A DNA stretch of 64,000 nucleotides from Ramazzottius varieornatus (lineage: Eukaryota > Animalia > Tardigrada). Of this stretch, positions 52,598-64,000 are shown piece by piece. The position numbers and the translations under genes are program-made. Below the pieces are notes generated by a model, which had not been told where the DNA came from, did no database searches, and saw only the letters and a list, made by a program, of their open reading frames with translations. Positions within the stretch are counted from its first letter, which is position 1. Every line of letters starts with the position of its first letter. The stretch is from contig BDGG01000009.1 of NCBI GenBank assembly GCA_001949185.1, positions 62,001 to 126,000 on the forward strand. Reading direction: 5' to 3'.

Positions 52598-55500
52598 ATG
52601 TTTGTAACGAGACGGATATGGGAAGAACGTTTCTATCCGACGGACAAAGGTTGGGGTGTTTTTGATATCGCTCTTGATCCAGAGAAGCGCATCTTGCTGA
52701 TCGCTGCATTTGAGAAAGGTTTGCAGCGCTTCCGGTTGGATGGACAAAGTGCAGCCATTTTGGAACGGTCACCGATCAAGGAAAAGCATGGACATCGAGG
52801 GAACGTTATCAAGGTCTCTTGGCATCCTTTGGGCAAACGCTTCGCTACATGTGAGATATCTTCCCTGGGGTTTTTCCAACATTCAATCCATAATGGGCGG
52901 AATATTATTCTATGCGGGAATTTCGTTTCAAACTTTATGCGGAGTAAGTTGAATAAGAATTTTCGTTCTGAACTTTTGCTAGGTGGAACAGATTCGTTGA
53001 CCATCATCTGGAAAGATGACTTCACTCCGGAGCAACAAGTCCGCTTGGCCGAGATTCCCCAGACACTAGCATGGAACCCGACGGTCCACATTCTCATCAC
53101 TGCAGCCGGGCCTCAACTAGCCAGTATCAGTGTCCCTCGTGATCCCTCACTGTACCGACTTCAGAGCAACATTTGGTAAGAACGGTCGTCGGGAAGCATT
53201 GACCGGACCAACACTGTTGAGCAATGACCAGCGCCAGTGCGAGTCAGTATGCAAAATAGCCGGTAGTTCCATACGTGCGGATCAAACTCTGGCTCTTCTG
53301 TTTGCTGTCGGACACACCGACCACCGGCCACTGAAATACTTTCAAGTTTCCAACAGAAGAGTTCGACAAACAAACTCAACCAAATTATCCCGAGTGGCGC
53401 ACGGTGCTATTATTGGCTGAAAGCGTGCACAGCCATGACCAGGCTCAGGACGAGTTTGTTGTTTCTCAGGTGGCGCGCACATTCGGTTTTATTGCCTGGA
53501 GCAGTGCGCCACTTTGAAAAGGACCTTCTCGAGTTTGACTGCCGACCTCCCAAAATGATTCGGTAGTTGGCCTTTCGAAATTCATTCATCGAGCTTCTGT
53601 CGGGATACAGGTGTGCGGCATGGAACCACATTGGTCAAATATACGCTGTGGGGCTGGACAACGGGGCCGTCAGTGTGCGGGACCGTCGGGACAATGAGAT
53701 GTGTCTGATCCACGGTACGCTGAACGCACCGGTGTGGGATGTTGCTTGGACACCGGCTGAAGCTCCACGCCCGGATGTGCTGGTGGTCCTGGACTGGAGT
53801 TGCGCCATTGGGTTCTATCAAGCAACGGGAAAACAGTTTCGCGCGACGTGCAAACTAGACTTTGTGCCGTTACGCGTGTCGTTTTCACCGGACTGGCACT
53901 TGCTGTACGTGTGTGCTGCTGACAAAAAGGTAAAAAAGTGGCCTGCTCCAGGTGGAAGGATGTCTCGTTCGTTCTCTGAGCGCTTGCGACTTGCTATAAA
54001 GACCATCTGGTTCCCAAGTTCAATTTAGACAGCTTTTCAATGAAACTTCTTCTTTGGAAGAGTTTTGGCTGGTTTCGGGTAAAGGAAACGAATGGAATAT
54101 CGTACGTGATATATTTTCCTGCCTTTTGATTTATGAACCTCAATCAATCTGTTTTTACGGAATTTTAGAACTGGAATTCAAACTGAATTCTAGCATAAAA
54201 TTTTGAACTGTTGTCCGATTTGAACCAAATGCTTCGGAGAATCCGTCGATGATAGCACAACAAAAAGTGTAGCTAGGGGCTTATGTTCTTCGTCTTTCTT
54301 GCTTACTGTAGATTTACGTTGTGAGCATCGACGGAGTGGTGATCGGCAAGATTGCCGAATGCCGTAGCTGGCCTCTGCGATTCCTCCAGCGCCGCACCAC
54401 ATCCACCTACAAGTCCGACTTCCTGGTCATCGGGGCTGACGGGCTGATCAACATGCTACAGATCGCCTTCGACAAATGTTGGCACTACCACTCGGGCCTG
54501 TACGCTTCTCGTGAGTCCCTCGTCAACCTGAGTGTCAGGTCACTGGAACGCAACCGCGAAACCACCATTGCTGTCGGTGAAGCCGTCCACAAGATCGCAC
54601 TGTACCGCAGCCTCATGGCTGTGGTCGTCCCGAACGCTGTGGTGATCTACCGACAGAATACCCAAGAAATGATGCTACGATATGAGGAAGTGACAAGGAT
54701 GGCGTTTCAGAGGCAGTGTAACGTGGTACTGTTGGCAGCTCAACATGTCGTGATGGTTCACCAAGCCAAGATTGAAGCCATGAACTTTCAAGGAGCCGTA
54801 ACACAAGTGTGGAACTTCGCCAAAGAAATTAGGCAAGGTTTTTCATGTAACCAAGATTATGCAGTTTCGTGTCTGTATTTTATTTCAATAGAAATCAGAA
54901 AACGAGGGCGTTCTGCCCCACCGTTAGAAGACGACAGACAGTTGGGACGTCGGCAAATATATTCATCCAGATCGTTTCCAAAGTGGCACACATACTCAGC
55001 TGATAACCATGAAAACGTGAGCCACTGGAGCAACGATCTAAGTCAAACCATTGGCCGACGTCCCGGTGAATTAATGAAATAGTTTTTATTTCAAATAGAA
55101 GTTTCAGATAATGATTTTAATTATGGATTTTCGAGAAGCCAGAAATAGCCACTTTACATCGGATAATATATTACTATCCATCTTCTTTTTCTCTCAGGTG
55201 CGTGAATGTCACCGGCGGGTCTCCCGGGCAAGAAAGCCTCTGTGTGGCTCTGATCGACGGAGCGGTCATTCGACTTTTTCTCAACCAGCCCTTCCTTCAC
55301 ACCCTCCTGAAGATCCCCTCCGTTCCCATCGGCCTCGATGTCAACCTAAACCACAGCAAGCTCGCGGTGGTCGGAGAGAACAACGTGATCTATGTCTACG
55401 ACCTGGCGTCGAAAGTGATGCTGTATCAGGAACCCGGAGCGGACAGTTGCGCATGGAACCAGTACCATCCCGACATGCTGGCCTTCTCCACTGGGTCGCT

Positions 55501-58500
55501 CTTGAAAATCAAGATGAGAGAGAACAAGGTGCATACCAGAAGGACAGAGACGCCCATGAATGGGAAGGTGATTGGCTACGCCGGAAGTAAGGTCTTTTAC
55601 GAAACGACGGAAGCCAAGGCGGTGGTCGTCGATGTACCACATACCATGCTCATTCATCAAAGTAAGGCGTAAAGCTTTCCGCAATCTAAATTAATTTGGT
55701 GAATAACATCTCTTCATCGTCGTGTTGCTTCTCGGAACTGTTTTTACCTTCCTTCATACTTTCTTCCATGCAACACAACAGACAGTTTGTTTCCAGGTAC
55801 GTGAACCGCAGACCACGAGATGTTTCACGCACCTGCAGACATAGTGCTTGTTACGTCACATGGAATAAAGTATGCAGGTGGTCGAATGTTTACCGGTATC
55901 CGTCCACCACTGACGCTACCATGCAACGATGGTGGTTGCTGACTTGCTGGTACTACCGCGTACCCCTTTCAGGTATGGAGACCAAAGATTTCGTAGATGC
56001 GTACACCGTGGCTTGTTTCGGTTGTTCGGACAACGACTGGAAGGTTCTCGGTAACAAGGCTCTGGAGAGCTTCGACCTGGACATTGCCAAGCAGTGCTTC
56101 CGGCGGGTCCGCGACTACCCCATGTTATCGCTCATCGACGAGATCGAGCAACGTCGGAAAGTCAGCGACGGTAATGACAACCTGTACTTGGGCGACATCA
56201 TGGCTTTCCGCGGACAGGTAAGCCGATCAAGCACCAAAAATTCATTTCGTGAAGGAAACCGGCAAACAAAACGTTGTTTGCAGTTCGACGACGCGGCCAG
56301 GGCCTACAGTGCCGGTGGGAGACCCGACCTAGCCGTCAAGCTATTCACGGACATGCGTCGGTTCAAGCAAGCTGAACAATGGGCCAGCGGCGACGAGCAG
56401 AAGAGAGGACTGCTGGAACTGCGGGCGGGGTGGGCCGAGAAAGAAGAGGATAAAGGGGAAGCCATTGAACTCTTCTTGCAGTTGGGGGAAGTGGAGAAGG
56501 CACTGATCGCCATGAAGGAAATCGGATGGGCGAGAAGAGTACTGGATACAGCTAGAGCGTTGGACGTGGTTGGTCAACGGGAAACCATCGAACTAGCGGC
56601 CAGGTACGATGGTCTCATTGAGAATGTATTTTAGAAAAATACCCAGTACATGCGAGATTGTCGAAAGCTATTCTTTTGCTTTGATCCGAAAGCGCGCAAT
56701 ATGATGAAAACCAAAAATTGAATTGACACGACTGTTAGGACGCTGGTGGTGCAACCGAGTTTTTATGGCTGTCGATTTCGTTTGATAGCATACTGTTGGA
56801 AATGAACGACAGCAATGGCGCCGCCGAGCTGTACGAACTGAACAAGGATATCAAGTCCGTGGTCGAGATCAAGCTGGCTAGCAAAGACTGGGAATACCTG
56901 CTCGCTCTGTCAGACCGCGAGCCCTTCCATCGAGAAACTATCCTGATGCCGTACGCCCAGTACCTCATCGAAAACGACCGCTTCATCGAAGCCCGCTCGG
57001 TCTACCTGCGCGCTGGTCACCCGGAAGCGGCCACTTCCGTCCTCGCCCAGCTGGCCCAGGTAAGCTCGCCTTCGGTGCCGGATCGCCGACTTATTTTGCC
57101 TTTTTTCTACGCGGATGCCTGTCCGGTCTGTGCCGAGCACGGCCTTGAAAATAGTTTAGTAGAAAAATGGCAGAAATGTCCAGGACGCCAGATGAGTTTT
57201 AGCCAGATTGTCGTCTCGAGTGGCACAGGTTTGAGTGTAATTACTGGGAGTGTGCGCCACTTGTGTGCGAAAAACGATCTGGGGCAATTCATTTGCCGAC
57301 GCCCGGATAGTTTTCACCACTGATGTTGAGTAAACGTTCTTCGCAGGTCGCCGTGACCATCGAGCGTTTCAGCGATGCCTCGTTTTACAACCACCTTTTG
57401 GGCCAAGTTGCCGAAGAGTCTACCTTGGCCCTGACAGATTCGGGCCTGATTGAACGGGCGTACAGCGCAGCCGATGAGTTCCAAAGTAAAGCAGAACTGT
57501 ACAATTTGTACAGTGTGGTCGATAACGTGGTCAAAGACCCATTCAGTATCCTCTCTGCCGAATCGGTGTTTCACGCCAGCCGAATCTTGGCGGCCAAACT
57601 GTGGAGTGCAAAAGACATTCCTCCAGGTAAACACGATGAGGAGAAAATTTCAGACAGACGGAATCTAAAGAAACAAACTTGGCAGGGTTGTATATTGAAG
57701 TGGCGCACTTTGTCGGTCAATGAGAAAGGTAACACGCGCCACTTGGGCAAGCTTGACAATATCGTTTTTCTAGTGGCGCACTTTTCTGCCGGTAACATTG
57801 ACAACGTGCGCCACTGAGGAAAGCAGGCTTGTTGAGGTGGATTGCTTCGCTTCTGGATGATGATGATGATGATGAGGATGATGATGAAGATGAAGATGAG
57901 AAATAGAAATAGATAAGAAATGAGAATAGTCTTTACAGGTATCAAATTGGGTTACGTCTTGTTCGTTCTGGCCAATTACGGAATGAAGCTGGAATGCTAC
58001 AAAACAGCGAGAATGGCTATGGAGCGTTTGAAAGACCTCTGGCTTCCGAAGAAGCTGAACGCGCGGTTCGTGGAACTGTATGTTCAGAACAGAACCTGTC
58101 CGTTCCAGGACCCGCAAGAACTCTCGGACTTCTGTCACGCCTGTTCTTCCTTCAACTCGCTAGTGAATACCAGGACCGGATTCAGTTGTCAGTCGTGCGC
58201 CAGTGCGTTGAAGTATTGTAACGTGTCGTTTGAGCATCTCCCGCTGGTGGAGTTCTTCCTGGCACCCACCATCACGAATGACGAGGCTCTGACGTTGATT
58301 ACCATGGAACCGATGGTTAAAGGAAGCAAAAACTCAAGGTAATCGAAGCTGTAGAGTACAAAGAATGGATCGATAGACGTGCGCTCCGCAAATCATTTCG
58401 GCCAAATCGTTTTCCCAAGTGGCGCCCCTTCTCGGTATTACTGGCTGAAGAGTGCGCCACCTAGAAACAATTGGTCGAGTTCGCTTTCCCAAGCGGCGCA

Positions 58501-59027
58501 CACATCCAGTGTTGTCAGCCGAGAGCGTGCGGCACTTACAGTTATGACTGTGCTGTGTTTGTTTTGCAAGTGGCGCATGTTTTCAGCGGTTTTGGCCAGT
58601 ACGGTGCGTCACTTGGCAAAACGATCTCGTTGAACATAACTATGTGCGTAGGTTGGAAATTGGAATAGCCTTGTTGCTTTTCAGCGAAGTGGAGGTTCAG
58701 GAGGGCGTGGTCAGGTTCGACCGGCCAAAGACTGCGGCACCTTCGGGCAGCAACGAGCAGTTCTTTGCGGACTTCCAACGGAAAGGCGCCATTGTGGTGG
58801 ACAGGGAAGTACTACGGAATCTGAATGAAGAAGAGGTAGTCATACTCCGACTGGGAAATGGGAGACAGTGGAGGTTCTTCAGGAACATGTTGGCAGACGT
58901 CGTACCCGTAACTGCTTGTTGCTCGTGCTGCAGATTGTTTAACAGCGATGACTACTTTGCCAGTCTTCTTGAACTGAGCTCTTGTCCTTTCTGCCGTGAA
59001 CCAGTGGCAGTTGAAGCCAACGTTTGA
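52598..59027 (+). CDS. IFT122: Intraflagellar transport protein 122 (IFT-A)
   Basis: N-terminal WD40 repeats, VHKIALYR..LAVV, LYQEPGADSCAWN, AYTVACFGCSDNDWKVLGNKALESFDLDIAKQCF, MPYAQYLIENDRFIEA, C-terminal Zn motifs CHAC..CQSC..SFEHLPLVEF and CPFCR. Confidence 0.92.
57856..57900. repeat. (GAT)n microsatellite in an IFT122 intron
   Basis: gatgatgatgatgatgatgaggatgatgatgaagatgaagatgag. Confidence 0.85.
58380..58640. repeat. Intronic palindromic element trimer (IFT122); others near 53391, 53467, 54980, 57217, 57697, 57771
   Basis: Cores at 58416, 58490, 58567 (74- and 77-bp period). Confidence 0.85.
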
Positions 59028-59156
59028 TTTCCTGCAAACTGCTGTGCAAGACGATGTCTTGACTGTAGCTGGTGGATAGACGTTTGGAACCATCGTAACC
59101 ATGAAACACGAAAGCTGGTGAATTCCAGTTCATATCATTATTAACCACTCTGAATT

Positions 59157-59394
59157 GGGTACTGTCAAATTAGAAGGGTAAATCGTACGAAAATTCCAAA
59201 AGGTGCTTTTCTTAGCCTACCTTGTATAGGATAAAAAGCTGCATTGGAACTTGGAATCCCACAAAAAGTCGCGCACAGGAAATTCGGTATAAGAAAATTC
59301 TGAAGTTTGGGTCTCCCTGAGCGAAAACGGAGAAAGTCGATTGCTGAACAGTTGTGATAAATTCATGATTTTCCCTTCTAATTTGACAGTACCC
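59157..59394. mobile_element. MITE with GGG..CCC termini, 22-bp perfect TIR, AATT flanks
   Basis: aatt|gggtactgtcaaattagaaggg ... cccttctaatttgacagtaccc|aatt. Confidence 0.82.
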
Positions 59395-60074
59395 AATTGC
59401 GTTCAGGTAATCATTGGTTTCATGCTTAGGTAACGCTCCTAATGGTTATCTGAACATTTGGAGTAGGGTCACCAGTAGGGCGGAAAGACAAATCTTCGGC
59501 AAGCTTGTTTCGTGTTACAACATCGCTCTTCGCAACGTGGAAGTCGTCACCTTGGGACTGGTCACGGACACATTCAGCGGGTCCTGCATTGTGCTCCCCA
59601 ATTATCTGTACAGCGGCGAATGAATGTCGAAAACAATTCACTGCTGCACTGACTTCATCATAACTCATGCTTGTGTGACTGACCCGAGCATTACGAACTG
59701 TTTGGAATTGGTCAGCCACACAGAATATACTGTACTCGTACCTCTATGCCGGCCTGATGGTATTACAACAGAAACTCGCATCCAGGGTTCCCCATTTTTG
59801 TTGCGCCAAGCGAGTATTTATTCACTCCGCATTTCGTCGAGAACGATCCCTAATACTGTCAATATGCCAACATGGGGCGTCGGCAAGTGCACTGAATCAA
59901 ATCGTGTCTCAAATAGCGCACAGTTTCTTGCTAGCTGACAGTGTGCGCCACTTGGAGAGATGATCTCAGCGAATTCGATTGCCCACCTCCTATATTATAA
60001 GGTCGAGGCTACGCGCAAGGCCTGTCACTGCCTTTCCTCCGTGCACTGCCCGCGACCCTCCCTTTTACTAGGTG

Positions 60075-60496
60075 CACTGCTTTCTACACTGCTTTGGCTA
60101 GGTGCACTTCCTGGATACGACCTTCACAACACAGTGATTTTGAAGGTTGTCGGCGCAAGAAAGCAGGCACTTTTTACGGACTAGAAAGCGCCATGCGGAG
60201 AGTGGTAGCTAAACAGCGACAGTATACCGAGGAAGGGTTGGAGCAGAGAGTCGCCACGACTGTGTGGTGGTCTTCTTCGTATGTACTATGGCGAACCCGA
60301 ACTAAGTCCAAAGGACAATTAAGTTACCGCGGCACTTCCCTTCCGAGCCCTGGAAAGTGTGTCCTCTTTTACACTACGCATATTTCTACTCCGTAAGAGA
60401 TTCGTGCTTTCATGGGCCGACAACCTTCGAAATCACTGTGTTGTGAAAGTCGTATAAAGGCCGTGCACCTAGCCAAAAAGCAGTGTAGAAGCAGTG
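60075..60496. mobile_element. Inverted-repeat element with ~80-bp arms
   Basis: ttctacactgctttggctaggtgcac..cacaacacagtgattttgaaggttgtcggc is inverted at 60416-60496. Confidence 0.75.
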
Positions 60497-60864
60497 AAAA
60501 CTGGGACGTTCTGATAATAATACGGTAAGCCACCCATGTCCTTGTTGACGAACTTAGAGAAATCTTTGAAGGCAGAAGTTCATTTGACACTCGCAATGCA
60601 CGTTGAGTGAACCTGAGTTCGTCGTAGTGCGAGTTCCGAAGCCGCGTTGCTCCATAACACAACTTTTTCACCAGCATGGATCACAACGTCTCCTAGTCCA
60701 ATAGCTATTCTAGCTTCCATCATAGTCATGTACGTCGCCGTTCTACAGATGTTCAACTGGAGTAACGTGTCGTCCTCTTTGACCAGAATGCGAATTCAGG
60801 GGGTAAAGGTAAACCTGCTCGCTCTGCGCCGCGTTCTGAAAGAACGCATTATCTTGTCCACGTA

Positions 60865-61066
60865 CACGCATGACGAGAAATTATGGGGCCAGTAGAAATT
60901 ATGGGACCAGGCAGAAAAGACGGCAAAATGGAAATTCGACCGTAGAATGGTGTCCATAAAGTGCGTTGCTATGAATCGGTCACGTACGTACGTGCTTCCG
61001 CACCGCCGTAGCAAAAAGGCCTGGTCCCATAATTTTTACTGGCCCCATAATTTCCCGTCGTGCGTG
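60865..61066. mobile_element. Tc1-like MITE, same family as 31685 in opposite orientation, TA TSD
   Basis: TA|cacgcatgacgagaaattatggggccagta ... tactggccccataatttcccgtcgtgcgtg|TA. Confidence 0.82.
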
Positions 61067-61543
61067 TACAGTACTTCCAGGTGAACACCAAAATATCAGT
61101 CAACTTTACAGCTGAACTGGCGGTCTTTCGGTCGTCTAGTCGAACTACGTACCGGTTTGGCAAGACAGTGCCTTACTTCCTTATAACAGTTCCACATCTC
61201 TCCTGCAGTTCTTATATTCTTGAGCCACGGTGCCCCGCTGCGTAAGCTGATAGTGCGAATCGGGCAGCCGGCATATTTACCAAGTTTTCGTTACGGTCGG
61301 ACAGTACTCTTACTGCTAGTGTCGTTTCAGGTTCAGGCATATTCACTTGGAATGACAGAGAGCGAGTACGTAATGCCCTTTTTGAATGCGTGTTATGGAA
61401 CGGCGGATTTTTGTTCTGAGTCTCGCGTTCCTTGCACTATGAAGGTTTACTTCGGGATGACCTTTCGGGGCTACGGCGATGTTTTGTGGAATCAGAACGA
61501 CCCCACCGCTAGAAACGCTTGCCGCTTTGTTCTCTTGAGTACC

Positions 61544-61720
61544 GCTCCGCTACTCGATCCTTCCTACACATAAGACGTAATGCTTACAGTCAAAAAACCT
61601 CAAGATCTTCCGTCTTTCTCGATGGATCAGTTCGGAATAAAACTCTTCATCAGTAATATCATCGAGACCACAGCAGAAAAGCATTAGGTCTTATGTGTGA
61701 GAAGGATCGAGTAGCGGAGC
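61544..61720. mobile_element. Inverted-repeat element with ~41-bp arms
   Basis: gctccgctactcgatccttcctacacataagacgtaatgctt ... aagcattaggtcttatgtgtgagaaggatcgagtagcggagc. Confidence 0.72.
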
Positions 61721-63504
61721 ATCAAAATCAGGCCAGTTTTTGATGGTTTTCAGTTGTGTGCTACGAGTTGATTTGTTGATCTGGCTGAACAAAAGCCACG
61801 CGACACAGGAGAGAGATTACTTGTCTTTGCAACACAGTTAAAAGTGTGCAGATCGGTTGAAAAGTAACGGAGAAGTGAATTTTTGAAACCAGCTGGAGGT
61901 GTCCGAATACTTACGGGTGTCAGTGTATCTAGCGCAAGACCACTTTACCATGAGCGAACAAACCCGGCAATATTGGAGGATATTTGTTTCACCAGAATCG
62001 GATGAGCGAAAGATATTCAACATGCAAGATAGTCGTCCATGAAATATGTGGCAAAGTGCGCTCTGGGGCCCATACAGAAATAAATTCGTAGGAAAGTTTT
62101 GCTGGAAATCTGTTTTCGTAATGTCGATACAATGTCGTCTTTACTATATTTTGGCCCTTTAGGCTTTTGCATAAAACTGTCACGTGATGGAAGACGAGCA
62201 GCAAAAATTCGGGTATACTTCCTTGTCCGAATTGTCGACACTCACCTGTTGATTGATTGAAGAAATGGAACTTTTGTCACCTGAACAAAAAGTTTGAATT
62301 AATAGAATCGGACATTGCGGTAAGGAAATACAAGTGTGTAAAGACAAACCATGGGGTGGTGATGACCCTTGACTGTGACTGTACCTCAACTAGGCTGGTG
62401 GAATCTCGATTGAGTATAGTACTCGGAGCCAAGAATTTGAAATCAAGTCCATGTGATCAAGTGGCCATCAAATGCGCTACCAGCCACAAGATGGAACAGG
62501 CTTTCCAGAGACAAACGAGTACGATGAAGGTTCCCATGATGGTGCACTGGATTTGGGCGTGGTGTAAAACGCTTTTCTTGGAAAATCCAGAGCAGTATGC
62601 TCTCTGAGCACTGTCACGGTCGGTTGAGCATTCAACTGACCCTGGCACTGTACATAGTCTCATAGTCTGCCATGCTATCATAATCATATAATGCTTCGTA
62701 TTTTCAAGCTGATATACCTGCATTGCTGCAAGGTCCTCGGTCACGAGTGTACCCTCAGCCAGGAGTGTTTAAAAGGATGACCGTTCGATGGTCCATGCTA
62801 AAATTTGCTAAACCAAGTTGCTCGTTCCGGAAGGCGAATCTAGATCTCAGAAAAAGTTATTAGCGCCTACTCTCGACGACGAAACCTGGTAGTCCTTATC
62901 GATCGCACTTGCGTACTCCCATATCTTGTTCTCACAAGTCAAGAGAACCTCGAGATCCATTCCGAGTTTCACCGCCAACAAGTCGCACTGAGCCAGGTAG
63001 ATGGCCTGCAAAACAACGAATGTACCGTCAAACATGACGACCAGCAGGTTTGAACTACAATGGTAAGTCAGTATGTCGAAGATCAAGCTACCTCTAATTC
63101 GTCTCGTCGACGATGCGGCCACAAGCGAACATTCGCCTCCACGCTTTGGCTTCGACGCATCAGCTCTTTGTACCATTCGGCCACTTCTTCCATGTTCAAA
63201 GCAATCTCCTCGCAAGTCGGCGCTTGATTGCCGACGAGGAAAAAGACATCATGTCGCTCCGCGATGTAACGTCTCAGTGTGTCCAAGTTACGTACTCTGC
63301 GGCCACCGTCGAAGCACATCAAGTTCGCCTCGTACCAAGTGTGATCGTCATACCCCGTGATCACGCTGTCCATAGCTGAAAGGAACTTCCCTTCGATGAT
63401 GTACAACAGAAGATTACGTTAGGTGGCAGAAACATTTAGAAATCACAGCTAACCACTTGCACCGGTCCCTACATCCTCTAGCGTTTCGAAATCTTATTTC
63501 AAAG

Positions 63505-63989
63505 ATGTCCGGCACTGAGAACCACGGTGGCGGAGGCCTGGCAAACGGCGGCTATGGACGTCTGCGGAGACTGGGTGAGTTCACGGTGCTACCGGTGATC
63601 CCTATTGTTATGGTTCAATCAACCCGCAGAAACTTGATTGAACCACAACAATGGGAATTACCGGCAGCAAAAGCCCGATCAAACTTAATTTCATCGGGTA
63701 CGGCCGTGAAGTTGTCCGTGGCACGGGCTGTCCTTATACCTGTGGTCTGCTGGCAGGATTGATATGGCAAAACGGGAAAACTACCAGGACAACCCGCGCC
63801 GCGGACAACATCACGGCCATCGTGAACTCAACAGTCCGCGCCGTCGTCTCCACCATCCAAGCCATCACCGCACCGACCTCTCCGCCGCCGCTGCCTCCGA
63901 GCAGCTTTGTCCAGGACCACCCTTTCATCTTTGCTCTGTTTGTGTTCTGCTGTCTGCTGGTTGTGATCCTGGTTGGGCTGCTCGTATGA
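63505..63989 (+). CDS. Small single-pass membrane protein (2 exons; may continue beyond the window)
   Basis: Exon MSGTENHGGGGLANGGYGRLRRL splices in frame to LIWQNGKT..; Thr/Pro stalk with NIT and NST sequons; TM PFIFALFVFCCLLVVILVGLL. Confidence 0.5.
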
Positions 63990-64000
63990 AAGCGACGGCG

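Larger units (their letters stand above)
59480..62165 (+). pseudogene. ANF-receptor-like pseudogene, paralogue of the gene at 1-852, fragmented by MITEs
   Basis: Collinear fragments NVEVVTLGLVT, DPSITNCLELVSHTEY, LHNTTFSPAWITTSPSP..FNWSNV, NFTAELAVFRSSSR, AYSLGMTESEYV..YGDVLWNQND; frameshifts and stops. Confidence 0.7.

Noticed and set aside
58380-58640. Repeat-spacer arrays resembling CRISPR
   Set aside because: Eukaryotic introns, at most three units, repeats alternate in orientation, spacers share a degenerate consensus rather than being unique, and there are no cas genes.

Overview
Compact, intron-rich animal genomic DNA, not prokaryotic. Short GT-AG introns, dense genes and divergent natriuretic-peptide-receptor-like genes suggest a tardigrade (Ramazzottius-like); this is an inference. 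Genes in order: partial ANF-receptor/receptor-guanylate-cyclase-like gene (-), cytochrome b561 (-), a secreted mucin + 2x six-Cys repeat + atypical Cu/Zn-SOD fusion (-), DCAF7 (-), ACTR6 (+), CLIP-170/CLIP1 (-), a secreted chitin-binding (CBM14) protein (+), SLC9C1-like exchanger with voltage sensor and CNBD (+), FTSJ1 (+), an orphan secreted basic protein (+), UQCRC2 (+), ALG13 (-), NSUN4 (+), IFT122 (+), an ANF-receptor pseudogene broken by MITEs (+) and a small TM-protein gene at the right edge. Mobile DNA: an apparently intact intron-containing pogo/Tigger transposon in an SLC9C1 intron, three hAT elements with perfect 8-bp TSDs, several MITE families and a 539-bp foldback. The strongest unexplained signal is a ~125-bp palindromic element with core CAAGTGGCGCAC-N25-GTGCGCCACTTG. 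I counted roughly 45-50 cores by eye, almost all in introns, as monomers, dimers and trimers; spacer length is tightly held while spacer sequence drifts. Two proteins look catalytically altered: the SOD (Cu-ligand His->Val, catalytic Arg->Pro) and SLC9C1 (ESLLND->TSLIGN). Exon boundaries were read by eye and are approximate.
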